Origin: an uncultured Dehalococcoidia bacterium | Lineage (GTDB): Bacteria > Chloroflexota > Dehalococcoidia > Lucifugimonadales > UBA3495 | Length of the DNA: 57,485 nt | Direction: 5' to 3' | Assembly (NCBI GenBank): GCA_950072105.1 | Contig: CATMOE010000016.1 | Location: 1 to 57,485, forward strand | Shown: positions 28,775 through 37,317 of the stretch, piece by piece | Position numbering within the stretch: the first letter of the stretch is position 1 | How the letters are laid out: the number at the start of each line of letters is the position of its first letter | Translations under genes and position numbers: made by a program | The notes under the pieces: generated by a model | What the model was told of the DNA's origin: nothing | The model's database searches: none | Seen by the model: only the letters and a program-made list of their open reading frames with translations

Positions 28775-30328
28775 ATGCCCGGTCGTGTGCTAATGGTCCA
28801 GGGTACCGCCTCCCATGTGGGCAAAAGCGTGCTGGTATCAGCCCTGTGCCGTATCTTTCGTCAGGATGGGTTTCGGGTAGCGCCCTTCAAGGCCCAGAAC
28901 ATGTCCAATAACTCCTACGTCACCCCTGACGGCGGCGAGATCGGCCGGGCCCAGGCGGTCCAGGCCCAGGCCGCCGGCGTTGAAACCCAAGTGGAGATGA
29001 ATCCGATTCTCCTCAAGCCGGAATCAGACCAACGGTCTCAGGTGGTCTTGATGGGCCGGCCCTACACCTCGGCCCGTACCATGGACTACATCGAGTTGAA
29101 ATCCCAGCTATGGGAATCGGTTCATACCTCGCTGGACATTCTGAGAGATCAATTCGAAATCGTGGTGATCGAAGGCGCGGGCAGCCCGGCGGAGATCAAC
29201 CTTAAAGCCACCGAGATCGTCAACATGAGGGTTGCCCTCTACGCCAATGCTCCGGTGCTGCTCTGCGGCGACATCGACCGTGGCGGCGTCTTTGCCTCCC
29301 TGGTGGGAACTTTGGAGTTGTTGGAGCCTGAAGAACGGGAGATAATCAAGGGCTTCGTCATCAATAAATTCAGGGGCGACATCAATCTGCTGACCGATGG
29401 CCTGACCTGGCTGGAAGACCGCACCGGAATCCCGGTTATCGGTGTGGTGAGGCATTACCACGACATCCACATTCCGGAAGAAGATTCGGTTGCTTTGGAC
29501 CTACCCGTGAGGGTCAAGGGGAACGCGGTATTGGACATCGCGGTGATCCAGATTCCCCACATCTCCAACTTTGACGACTTCGACCCCTTGGCTCAGGAAA
29601 GCGGCGTGACCCTCAGGTACGTGGACGCGCAAACAGATCTAGGCCGCCCCGACTTGATCATCCTGCCCGGTACCAAGACCACCATTCCGGACCTGGCATG
29701 GATGGACCGGCAAGGGCTGACCCAGGCCGTCATCGAAGCCCATGGCAATGGGAGCGCACTGATCGGCATCTGCGGCGGCTATCAGATGTTGGGAAAGGAG
29801 GTCCGCGATCCCGACGGCGTGGAATCCACCCAGGCCCAGATTTCCGGCCTGAGACTGTTGCCCATGACGACTATTTTCGCCGGCTCTAAGGAGACTCATC
29901 GAGTAACCGGGAAGGTTGCCTTGAACTCCGGACTTTTGGCCGGCGCGAAAGGCCTTCCAGTTCAGGGATATGAGATTCACATGGGTAGGACCGCTGTTGA
30001 AGGGGTGGGCGTGCCTTTCGCCATCGACGACCGCTCGGACCTGCCGGTTACCCAGGACAACGCACTGGATGGCTCGTTGGACTCCTCCGGTTGGGTTTTG
30101 GGCACCTACATCCACGGACTGTTCCACAATGGCGGTCTGCGGCGAGCGATGCTTCAAGCGCTGGCCCGGCGCAAAGGAGTCACTCTGCCACCTGCCGATG
30201 AAATGGCAGGGATCGACGGAGAATTCGACAAGCTGGCCGACTGGGTGCGGGGTAGCCTGAACATGGACTTGATCTACCAAATGTCCGGTCTAGCCCGGGA
30301 CTTCGACAGCGTGGGGTCCGGCCGCTGA
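28775..30328 (+). CDS. cbiP: Cobyric acid synthase
   Basis: QGTASHVGKS, PFKAQNMS, EGAGSPAE, GICGGYQM, GTYIHG. Confidence 0.97.
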   Translation: MPGRVLMVQGTASHVGKSVLVSALCRIFRQDGFRVAPFKAQNMSNNSYVTPDGGEIGRAQAVQAQAAGVETQVEMNPILLKPESDQRSQVVLMGRPYTSARTMDYIELKSQLWESVHTSLDILRDQFEIVVIEGAGSPAEINLKATEIVNMRVALYANAPVLLCGDIDRGGVFASLVGTLELLEPEEREIIKGFVINKFRGDINLLTDGLTWLEDRTGIPVIGVVRHYHDIHIPEEDSVALDLPVRVKGNAVLDIAVIQIPHISNFDDFDPLAQESGVTLRYVDAQTDLGRPDLIILPGTKTTIPDLAWMDRQGLTQAVIEAHGNGSALIGICGGYQMLGKEVRDPDGVESTQAQISGLRLLPMTTIFAGSKETHRVTGKVALNSGLLAGAKGLPVQGYEIHMGRTAVEGVGVPFAIDDRSDLPVTQDNALDGSLDSSGWVLGTYIHGLFHNGGLRRAMLQALARRKGVTLPPADEMAGIDGEFDKLADWVRGSLNMDLIYQMSGLARDFDSVGSGR

Positions 30329-30903
30329 TGAATAACCGGCTCTCGTTGGTTCTGGGCGGGGTGCGGTCAGGTAAAAGCGAGTTCGCGGAAAATCTGGCCA
30401 AACAAGAGGACAAGCCGGTCGTATACCTTGCCACCGGCCTTGCCAGCGACCCGGAGATGGAGCGCCGCATTCAACGCCACCGGGAATCCCGGCCGGATAG
30501 TTGGGAGACACTGGAGGCACCAACGGATCTGGCGGGTTGCTTGCAGAATGCGCTGGAAGGGACAACCCCGCCGGCGGTAATGCTGATAGATAGCCTCGAT
30601 TCCTGGGTGGGCAACCTGCTGCAACAGCACGAGGATGAGCCTGGTGACGTTCTGGACTCGCTCGTCGAGGAATCTTTGGGGAAAATCTTGAATGCCTGTG
30701 ACCGGTCTCGGGCTTCGGTTATCCTGGTTAGCAGCGAAGTAGGCCTAACTCTGGTGCCGCCGTTCCCTCTGGGCCGCCGTTTTCAGGATCTGCTGGGCCT
30801 GGTGAACCAAAAAGTTGCCACCGCTGCCGGCAATGTGTACTTAGTAGTCGCCGGAGTGCCCATGGCGATTAAGAGCCCGGACAAGGGCTTACCCGGGAAA
30901 TAA
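30328..30903 (+). CDS. cobU: Adenosylcobinamide kinase/adenosylcobinamide-phosphate guanylyltransferase
   Basis: GGVRSGKS, EMERRIQRHR..RP, VSSEVG, LVVAGVP. Confidence 0.95.
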   Translation: MNNRLSLVLGGVRSGKSEFAENLAKQEDKPVVYLATGLASDPEMERRIQRHRESRPDSWETLEAPTDLAGCLQNALEGTTPPAVMLIDSLDSWVGNLLQQHEDEPGDVLDSLVEESLGKILNACDRSRASVILVSSEVGLTLVPPFPLGRRFQDLLGLVNQKVATAAGNVYLVVAGVPMAIKSPDKGLPGK

Positions 30904-30918
30904 GGTTCTTCTCCGTTC

Positions 30919-31872
30919 ATGAGTTCTCCTAAACCAAATAGCAACGAGACTTCTGCCTTGGAATATCATGGTGAGTTGGTGGGCAGCGCCACTGTTCGTG
31001 CGCCGGGAGTATGTGGCGAGTTGGTTCAGGGAATTCGGGAGGATATCTACTTCCTGGTCACCTGTCCCGTAGATTTTTACTCCAGGGTGCGAGTGGATCT
31101 GTATAGCAATGGCGCGAACGAGGATGCGCCAAAGGTCGAAGCTACGGCCGGCTGTCCCAAAGCGGTCGAGGCCCTGCTGGCCACTTTGGCATACCTGGAA
31201 CGGGACGAGCTGGCCGCCCGGATCACTGTCGGCAGCCCCATACCCCGCAGCAAGGGTATGGGCAGCAGCACCGCTGACGTAGCCGCGACCATCGCGGGCA
31301 CCGGTTTGGCGCTGGGCGTGGAACTGGCCCCAGACGTCGTGGCGAGTATCGCCGTGTCGGTGGAGCCCACCGATGGGGTGATGTTCCCCGGAGTGGCCCT
31401 ATTTGACCATCGTGAAGGACGCATAACAGAGACTTTGGGTCCACCACCCCCCATGGAGATAGTCGCCCTCGACTTCGGCGGAACTGTCGATACCGTGGAA
31501 TTCAACAAAGCGGACCGGCGTTCGCTGTGGGAGTCCGTCCAACCGGAAACGTCCCACGCGTTGGAATTGGTCCGTTCCGGTGTGGAAAAGGGAGACCCAG
31601 TGTTGGTCGGGCAAGGCTCCTCCATCAGCGCCATCGCTAGCCAGCGTGTCTTGCCCAAACCCCACTTAGCCGCGGTACAGGATTTCGCCAAGGATGTTGG
31701 CGCGGTTGGGGTCAACGTTGGCCACAGTGGGACCATAATCGGAGTATTGTTGGACGCCAGGCAAAGAAGGGGCAAGTCCACATTCCGCCAAGCCCGCGAA
31801 GCATTCCCCGAGGCCGAGATGGTGCACCATTTCCGGCTGTTGGGCGGCGGGCTTCAGCCGGTGCCGATGTAA
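30919..31872 (+). CDS. pduX: L-threonine kinase (GHMP family)
   Basis: PGVCGELVQG, IPRSKGMGSSTAD, SVEPTDG, VNVGHSGT; cob operon context. Confidence 0.88.
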   Translation: MSSPKPNSNETSALEYHGELVGSATVRAPGVCGELVQGIREDIYFLVTCPVDFYSRVRVDLYSNGANEDAPKVEATAGCPKAVEALLATLAYLERDELAARITVGSPIPRSKGMGSSTADVAATIAGTGLALGVELAPDVVASIAVSVEPTDGVMFPGVALFDHREGRITETLGPPPPMEIVALDFGGTVDTVEFNKADRRSLWESVQPETSHALELVRSGVEKGDPVLVGQGSSISAIASQRVLPKPHLAAVQDFAKDVGAVGVNVGHSGTIIGVLLDARQRRGKSTFRQAREAFPEAEMVHHFRLLGGGLQPVPM

Positions 31873-31908
31873 AATGGAAACTTATCCCCTTCCCCGTCAC
31901 TCAAAACC

Positions 31909-32042
31909 GTTATTCTGAGGACCGGAGGGACGTAGCTCCGACTATGTCGCGAGTCCTCGACATGGTCGGGAAATCTGAGCGGAGGTTGGTTACGCGATTC
32001 TGGGCCCGTCACCCCAGACCCTTCGCTGCGCTCAGGGTGATA
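31909..32042. repeat. REP-like palindromic element with nested hairpin insert
   Basis: GTTATTCTGAG...CTTCGCTGCGCTCAGGGTGAT outer arms; internal CCGACTATGTCG-N8-CGACATGGTCGG. Confidence 0.65.
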
Positions 32043-32198
32043 TGGGCAAGTAGACTAGGGTGACATGGTCAAGGAGACTATCGAGGCAGAGCCACTATAT
32101 GGGGGAAGGTTGGAATGGGGCTGTCCCCGCCCTCTAGGCCTCATCGACGCCCCATCAGACCAGAACGAATCGATACTAAAATTCAGGAGCAAGAAAAT

Positions 32199-33284
32199 AT
32201 GGCAGAGTACAACCTGGCGGTGATTGCTGGAGACGGCGTGGGACCCGAGGTGATTGCGGAAGGCAAAAAGGTGCTGGAAGCGGTGGCCGCCGGCAGCCCA
32301 ACGATCACTTTCAAGTTCAACGAATACCCCTGGGGGTCGGCCTATTACCGGGAGACCGGCCGCATGATGCCCGAGGATGGCCTGGAATCCCTCGAGTCGT
32401 CTGACGCCATTCTTTTCGGAGCGGTTGGCGACCCCAATATTCCGGACCACATAACCCTCCACGGGCTGTTGCTTCCCATGCGCCGGGCCTTCGACCAGGG
32501 GATCTGCATCCGTCCGTCCTATCTCTTTCCCGGCGTTACGTCGCCTTTGGCTAACAAGAAGGCCGGCGATATCGACCTGGTGATCGTTAGGGAAAACACG
32601 GAGGGAGAATACGCGCCGGTGGGCGGCCGCCTGTATCCTGGCACCCCCCACGAAACCGTGATTCAGACCAATATATTTACCCGCCGGGGCACTGAGCGAA
32701 TCATCCGTGCCGCCTTCGAATACTGCGTCCGCCGTGACGGCAACAATAATGGCAAGAGAAAGGTAACCTCAGTGACCAAGTCCAACGCCCAGTCCTTCGG
32801 CATGGTGTTCTGGGACGAGGTGTTCGACGAAGTGGCCGCCGAGTATCCCCAGATCGAAACCGAGTCTCTCTTGGTTGACCGGGCCTGCATGGACTTCGTC
32901 CGCTGGCCCGAGGACTTCGACGTGGTGGTGGCCTCCAACCTGTTTGCCGACATCCTTTCGGACATAGCAGCGGTGGTTACCGGAAGTTTGGGTCTGGCAG
33001 CCAGCGCTAACATCAACACCGAACGGGAGCATCCATCTATGTTCGAGTCGGTTCATGGCGCCGCCTTCGACATCACCGGCAAAGGCATCGCCAACCCCCT
33101 GGCCACAATCTCGGCGGTAGCCATGATGCTGGACCACCTGGGGGAGCCCGAGGCATCCAAAAGCGTCGATGATGCTGTATCGCGTTGCCTGATCGAGCGA
33201 AAGGTAATAACCCCGGACTTGGGCGGCCAGTCCTCCACGTCTCAAGTTGGCGACGAGGTGGTGCGGCTATTGGGTGGGGGGTAG
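32199..33284 (+). CDS. Tartrate dehydrogenase/decarboxylase-like protein (isocitrate/IPM dehydrogenase family)
   Basis: IAGDGVGPEV, VRENTEGEY, VTKSNAQ, ASNLFADILSD, MFESVHG; ATG 32199 after AGGAG. Confidence 0.9.
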   Translation: MAEYNLAVIAGDGVGPEVIAEGKKVLEAVAAGSPTITFKFNEYPWGSAYYRETGRMMPEDGLESLESSDAILFGAVGDPNIPDHITLHGLLLPMRRAFDQGICIRPSYLFPGVTSPLANKKAGDIDLVIVRENTEGEYAPVGGRLYPGTPHETVIQTNIFTRRGTERIIRAAFEYCVRRDGNNNGKRKVTSVTKSNAQSFGMVFWDEVFDEVAAEYPQIETESLLVDRACMDFVRWPEDFDVVVASNLFADILSDIAAVVTGSLGLAASANINTEREHPSMFESVHGAAFDITGKGIANPLATISAVAMMLDHLGEPEASKSVDDAVSRCLIERKVITPDLGGQSSTSQVGDEVVRLLGGG

Positions 33285-33311
33285 ACGGGGAAGCGAAACC
33301 CTGGAGATATT

Positions 33312-33527
33312 TTGGAGAAGACCTACATCGTAACTTTGTGGGAGGAGCCGCGCTGGGTTGTGGCCCGGTGCTCTGATCCGGACGTAGTGGGCCAAGGGTT
33401 TACCCGGAAGGAAGCTTTGGATAATCTGAAAGAAGCCATGCAGCTTCATTTTGATCACCTCCGCGCTACCGCCACACCTAAGATACGGACCATCGAGGTT
33501 GAGTCAGTGCCTCGTAGGCGGCTGTAA
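33312..33527 (+). CDS. HicB-like antitoxin domain protein
   Basis: YIVTLWEE..WVVARC....VGQGFTRKEALDNLKEAMQLHF; GGAG RBS. Confidence 0.8.
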   Translation: MEKTYIVTLWEEPRWVVARCSDPDVVGQGFTRKEALDNLKEAMQLHFDHLRATATPKIRTIEVESVPRRRL

Positions 33528-33532
33528 GCTCC

Positions 33533-34147
33533 TTAAGCCGCGCCTAACACCACCCGGACGATGCGTTTCTCAAGGGACTGCGCCAACTGGGTGGCCAGGT
33601 CCAGCCTTTCGTGGTCGCCGACGGTGCCCACGAAGGCCACTCCTAGTATACGGCCCACCCGGAAGTCGAGCACGGTGGAGGAGATCAGACCCGCCGCTCC
33701 TCCCTGCAGGACCTTCAAGGCTACCGCTTCATCGAAGAAGCCGCTGGTCTCCAAGCGCTGGGTTGAGATTAACTGCTGGTCTTCGCCGACGCTCTCACCC
33801 ACGTTCTCTTCGAAGTCCTTGACGAACACCTCATGCATCCACTCGGTTACCGACTTAGGATTATCGAACAGGTGGGCGACCGTCGCGCCCAGGAAATTGA
33901 ACCCGTCGCCCGTTACGGCGGTGGACGTTTCGCCCAATTCCCTCATGAATCCGGTGACCCGCCCAACGGCGCGGAACCGTTCCGGGGTATTGCCCGCAAA
34001 GCCGTGCTCGGCCATGTTTTCGTTATCCAGCGGGCCTTCCCGCACTACCTGAAACCCTTGAAACTCCTCCGGCATATCCTTCTTGTCCAATACCATGAAT
34101 TGCAACGATTCTTCTGTTATGCCGAAAGTGGCTCTGTCTAATGCCAT
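33533..34147 (-). CDS. Conserved hypothetical protein
   Basis: 204-aa ORF with AGGAGG upstream and normal composition; no motif recognised. Confidence 0.75.
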   Translation of the reverse strand: MALDRATFGITEESLQFMVLDKKDMPEEFQGFQVVREGPLDNENMAEHGFAGNTPERFRAVGRVTGFMRELGETSTAVTGDGFNFLGATVAHLFDNPKSVTEWMHEVFVKDFEENVGESVGEDQQLISTQRLETSGFFDEAVALKVLQGGAAGLISSTVLDFRVGRILGVAFVGTVGDHERLDLATQLAQSLEKRIVRVVLGAA

Positions 34148-34185
34148 AGCGATGTAGGGAACCTCCTAGTGGTTGTAAGCCAACG

Positions 34186-34246
34186 ATCAGCTATCAGCTT
34201 TCAGGGATTTCCTGTAGTCCCAGATCGCTGATGGCTGATAGCTGAT
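34186..34246. repeat. Heptamer-based inverted-repeat element
   Basis: ATCAGCTATCAGCTTTCAG...CTGATGGCTGATAGCTGAT; related copy at 36339-36386. Confidence 0.75.
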
Positions 34247-34259
34247 ACCCGAAAGCTAC

Positions 34260-35312
34260 CTAGCCACAGACCATGGGATATATGTGGCGGCTTCGGGACA
34301 ACTCGGCGGGTATCTGGTCTTTGCTCCAAGATGAGCCGCCGTCGTAGCTGCTGTAGACCTGTCCGTAGTTGGCGCAGCAGTAAACGTGGGACGGAGCTGC
34401 CGGGTCGATGGCGATCTGGAACATGCGGCCCGGTGGTGTGTCGCCCAGGTCCACCCGTTCCCAAGTCTCGCCAACGTCGTGACTGCGGAATAAAGCTCCA
34501 GCCTCCTCGGTACCTTGGGGAGCGCCGCCACCTCCCGCGCCGGCGGCCAAGTAGATGGTCCTGGGGTCGCTGGGGTCAACCAGTAATCCACGGCAATACG
34601 ACCCGCCGGGAAACATCTCGCCGAACTGTACGTGTTCCCAATGGCCGCCTCGGTCCCGGCTGCGGAACATGGCTACCTGGGTGATGATATGGACGGTGCC
34701 AGGGGACGCGGCGCTGACCTGAACGCCGTGGAGGTCGAGGGTGTTGTTGCGTACGTATGGGCCGTCGATGATCGAGTCCCAGCTTGCCCCACCGTCCCGG
34801 CTGGCCAGCAGGCCGCCGACCTCGATGGCGCCGTACATGTCCTGGGGATCGGACGGGTCGACGGCGATGCCGATCACCCGTTTGCCCAAGGGGGGCATGT
34901 AGGTTGTGATGTGGGGATGGACTACCCGGGTGGTGTCCATCTGGTCCCAGCTCTCGCCGCTGTCCTCGGACCGGTAGATAGCACAGGGTTCGTAACCGGC
35001 TAATATCACGCCCGGATCGGAGGGGTGTAAGGCCAATGACCACACATCGCCTCGGTGGGAGTCCAGGGCTTGCCAATGATCGCCCCGGTCATCGCTGCGG
35101 TACACACCGTTTTGAGTCCCGGCGTAGATGGTCTGGGGATTCTGCGGGTGTACCACCAAGGCCCGCACCTGGGGCTCGTTTGGCAAACCATTGTTGATGG
35201 CCTGCCATTCTTGGTCTCCATCGGCGCGGCGGTACATCCCGCCCAGCCCGATGTTCTCACCTTCGCCCCCCAGTCCCACGTAAACGTATGTCGAATGGCT
35301 ATCGTCTACCAT
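34260..35312 (-). CDS. BNR/Asp-box repeat beta-propeller protein
   Basis: Repeated S.D.G.(S/T/H)W Asp boxes; ATG 35312 after AGGAGG. Confidence 0.9.
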   Translation of the reverse strand: MVDDSHSTYVYVGLGGEGENIGLGGMYRRADGDQEWQAINNGLPNEPQVRALVVHPQNPQTIYAGTQNGVYRSDDRGDHWQALDSHRGDVWSLALHPSDPGVILAGYEPCAIYRSEDSGESWDQMDTTRVVHPHITTYMPPLGKRVIGIAVDPSDPQDMYGAIEVGGLLASRDGGASWDSIIDGPYVRNNTLDLHGVQVSAASPGTVHIITQVAMFRSRDRGGHWEHVQFGEMFPGGSYCRGLLVDPSDPRTIYLAAGAGGGGAPQGTEEAGALFRSHDVGETWERVDLGDTPPGRMFQIAIDPAAPSHVYCCANYGQVYSSYDGGSSWSKDQIPAELSRSRHIYPMVCG

Positions 35313-35403
35313 GTTCGGCCTCCTAGAATAATCTACCAACGATTTTCGTCCATTTGCCCGGCTTGTCAAGTGGCGTGGGGGATTCCGGCCACAGCATCGT
35401 GAT

Positions 35404-35464
35404 GTCGAAACGCCGGCGTAGGGGTATGGTCCCGATACGATCGGGATACTCCTACGGGTTTGAC
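35404..35464. repeat. GTAG-type REP-like hairpin with TCCCGAT/ATCGGGA inner stem
   Basis: CGTAGGGGTA-TGG-TCCCGAT-ACG-ATCGGGA-TACTCCTACG. Confidence 0.65.
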
Positions 35465-35587
35465 GGGCACGGCGGGGCCAACTATTCAGAGACCTAGGAT
35501 GCAGGTCCGGCTCGGGTTGCAGACCACGAATGCAAGAATTGTCCCATCGGCCCAGCTATGGCAACGATGCCCGGACTGCGTTAGTAT

Positions 35588-35603
35588 TGACAACGGATTG
35601 TCA
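35588..35603. promoter_or_regulatory. Palindromic operator candidate upstream of the CoA-transferase genes
   Basis: TGACAA-CGGA-TTGTCA overlapping a TTGACA hexamer. Confidence 0.45.
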
Positions 35604-35631
35604 CTAAGCGAGATTTCCGGAGACTACCTGA

Positions 35632-36330
35632 ATGAAGAACAAGATATTTAACAGCTTTGACGAGGCGGTGGCGGGCCTACCCGACGGCTCCACCGTCATG
35701 TTCCCCGGCTTTGGCGGGGTTGGACTGCCCCGTAACCTCATCGCCGCGCTAAACCGCCAGGGAGCCAAAAACCTGACCGGCGTCTCCAACAACGCCGGCG
35801 CTTTGGACGATAAAATCGACGTCGGCACTCTGGTGGAAGCGGGGCAGATGAAGAAGATGATTTGCGCCTTCACCGCCGCCACCCATCCATCGCGCGTAAC
35901 CCCCTTCACGCGCATGTACAACAATGACGAGATCGACGCCGAGTTGGTCCCTCAAGGGACCTTGGCCGAGCGCATGAGGGCTGCCGGGGCCGGGATCGGC
36001 GGTTTCTACACACCTTCCAGCGTTGGTACCGAGTTGGCCGAAGGTAAGGAACACCGCGAGATCAACGGCCGCATGCACGTGTTGGAGCATCCCCTTTTCG
36101 GCGATTATGCGTTCATCCGCGCTTGGAAGGCCGATACTTTTGGCAACTTACAGTTCCGCCTCACCCAACGCAATTTCAACGTGGTTATGGCCATGGCGGC
36201 CACGGTGACCATCGTCGAGGTGGAAAACGAGGTAGTTGAGGCCGGGGAATTGGATCCCGATCACATACATGTGCCCGGAATCTACGTGGACCGGATCATA
36301 ACCATTCCACCTGACGGCATCTGGTACTGA
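35632..36330 (+). CDS. 3-oxoacid CoA-transferase subunit A
   Basis: GFGGVGLP, PQGTLAERMRAAGAG, KADTFGNL, IHVPGIYVDR. Confidence 0.95.
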   Translation: MKNKIFNSFDEAVAGLPDGSTVMFPGFGGVGLPRNLIAALNRQGAKNLTGVSNNAGALDDKIDVGTLVEAGQMKKMICAFTAATHPSRVTPFTRMYNNDEIDAELVPQGTLAERMRAAGAGIGGFYTPSSVGTELAEGKEHREINGRMHVLEHPLFGDYAFIRAWKADTFGNLQFRLTQRNFNVVMAMAATVTIVEVENEVVEAGELDPDHIHVPGIYVDRIITIPPDGIWY

Positions 36331-36338
36331 GGCGATCA

Positions 36339-36386
36339 ATCAGCTTTCAGCCATCGGCAGTCAATCCCTACGCCGCTGAAAGCTAA
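36339..36386. repeat. Second heptamer-based inverted-repeat element
   Basis: ATCAGCTTTCAGCCATCGGC...GCTGAAAGCTAA. Confidence 0.65.
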
Positions 36387-36404
36387 ATTTCCGGAGGATT
36401 TTTT

Positions 36405-37079
36405 ATGGCGGACAAACCTAAGCTGGAACGGCAGGCAATGTGCGACCGGTTGGCCATGGAGTTCCAGGACGAGTGGATCGTGAACCTGGGAGTGGGCATG
36501 CCGACATTGTGCTCCAACTATGTTGACCCCAGCCGTGACATCATCACCCACTCGGAGAACGGCGTGATCGGCTACGGGCCTCTGGCTGAAGAGGGCAAAG
36601 AGGACGGGCATCTGGTCAACGCTGGCGGGCAGTTCGTCACCGCCCAACCCGGTATGTCCATCCTGCATCATGCCGACTCGTTTGCCGTGATCCGGGGAGG
36701 TATGGTGGACGTGACGGTGATGGGGGCTTACGAGGTGGCCGAGAACGGCGACTTCGCCAACTGGCGAATCCCCTCCCGAAAAGGCGGCGGCATCGGCGGG
36801 GCGATGGACTTGGCGGCCTGCGCCAAGCGGGTATTCATCGCCATGGAACACAATACCCGGGAGGGTGGTCCCAAGCTGCTCAATCGCTGCACCTTGCCCA
36901 TCACGGCTCCCGGAGTGGTCAAGTTGCTGGCCACCGACCTGGGCCTTTTCGAGATCACCCCCGAAGGTTTCGTGCTCCGTGAGCACGCCCCCGGCTGGAA
37001 CCCCGAGGAGATTCAGGAACTGACCGAGGCCAAGCTGATCATTCCCCCCGACTTGAAGGAGTTCAGGTTTCGGGCGTAG
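36405..37079 (+). CDS. 3-oxoacid CoA-transferase subunit B
   Basis: VNLGVGMPT, HSENG (catalytic Glu), GGAMDLA. Confidence 0.95.
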   Translation: MADKPKLERQAMCDRLAMEFQDEWIVNLGVGMPTLCSNYVDPSRDIITHSENGVIGYGPLAEEGKEDGHLVNAGGQFVTAQPGMSILHHADSFAVIRGGMVDVTVMGAYEVAENGDFANWRIPSRKGGGIGGAMDLAACAKRVFIAMEHNTREGGPKLLNRCTLPITAPGVVKLLATDLGLFEITPEGFVLREHAPGWNPEEIQELTEAKLIIPPDLKEFRFRA

Positions 37080-37162
37080 CGGCAGGTAATGGGGACAGGG
37101 GGCTTGTTAACGATCGGTGAAATGCTGCTAGACCCTGGAGCCCCCTTAAACGCCCCCCTATG

Positions 37163-37202
37163 AAACCGGGCCAAGGCCAATTCGGCCTTAGGCCGGGGTT
37201 TT
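37163..37202 (+). terminator. Intrinsic terminator
   Basis: AAACCGGGCCAAGGCC-AATTC-GGCCTTAGGCCGGGGTTTT. Confidence 0.6.
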
Positions 37203-37317
37203 GGCTGACTACCAAGAGTTCAGATTCCAACCCCCATACCTGCGCCGCCCCTTACCGTTGAGGTGCGCCTGCACGGTGTTGAACCCAGACCAACGCATAG
37301 TCAGATCAACTCAATCT

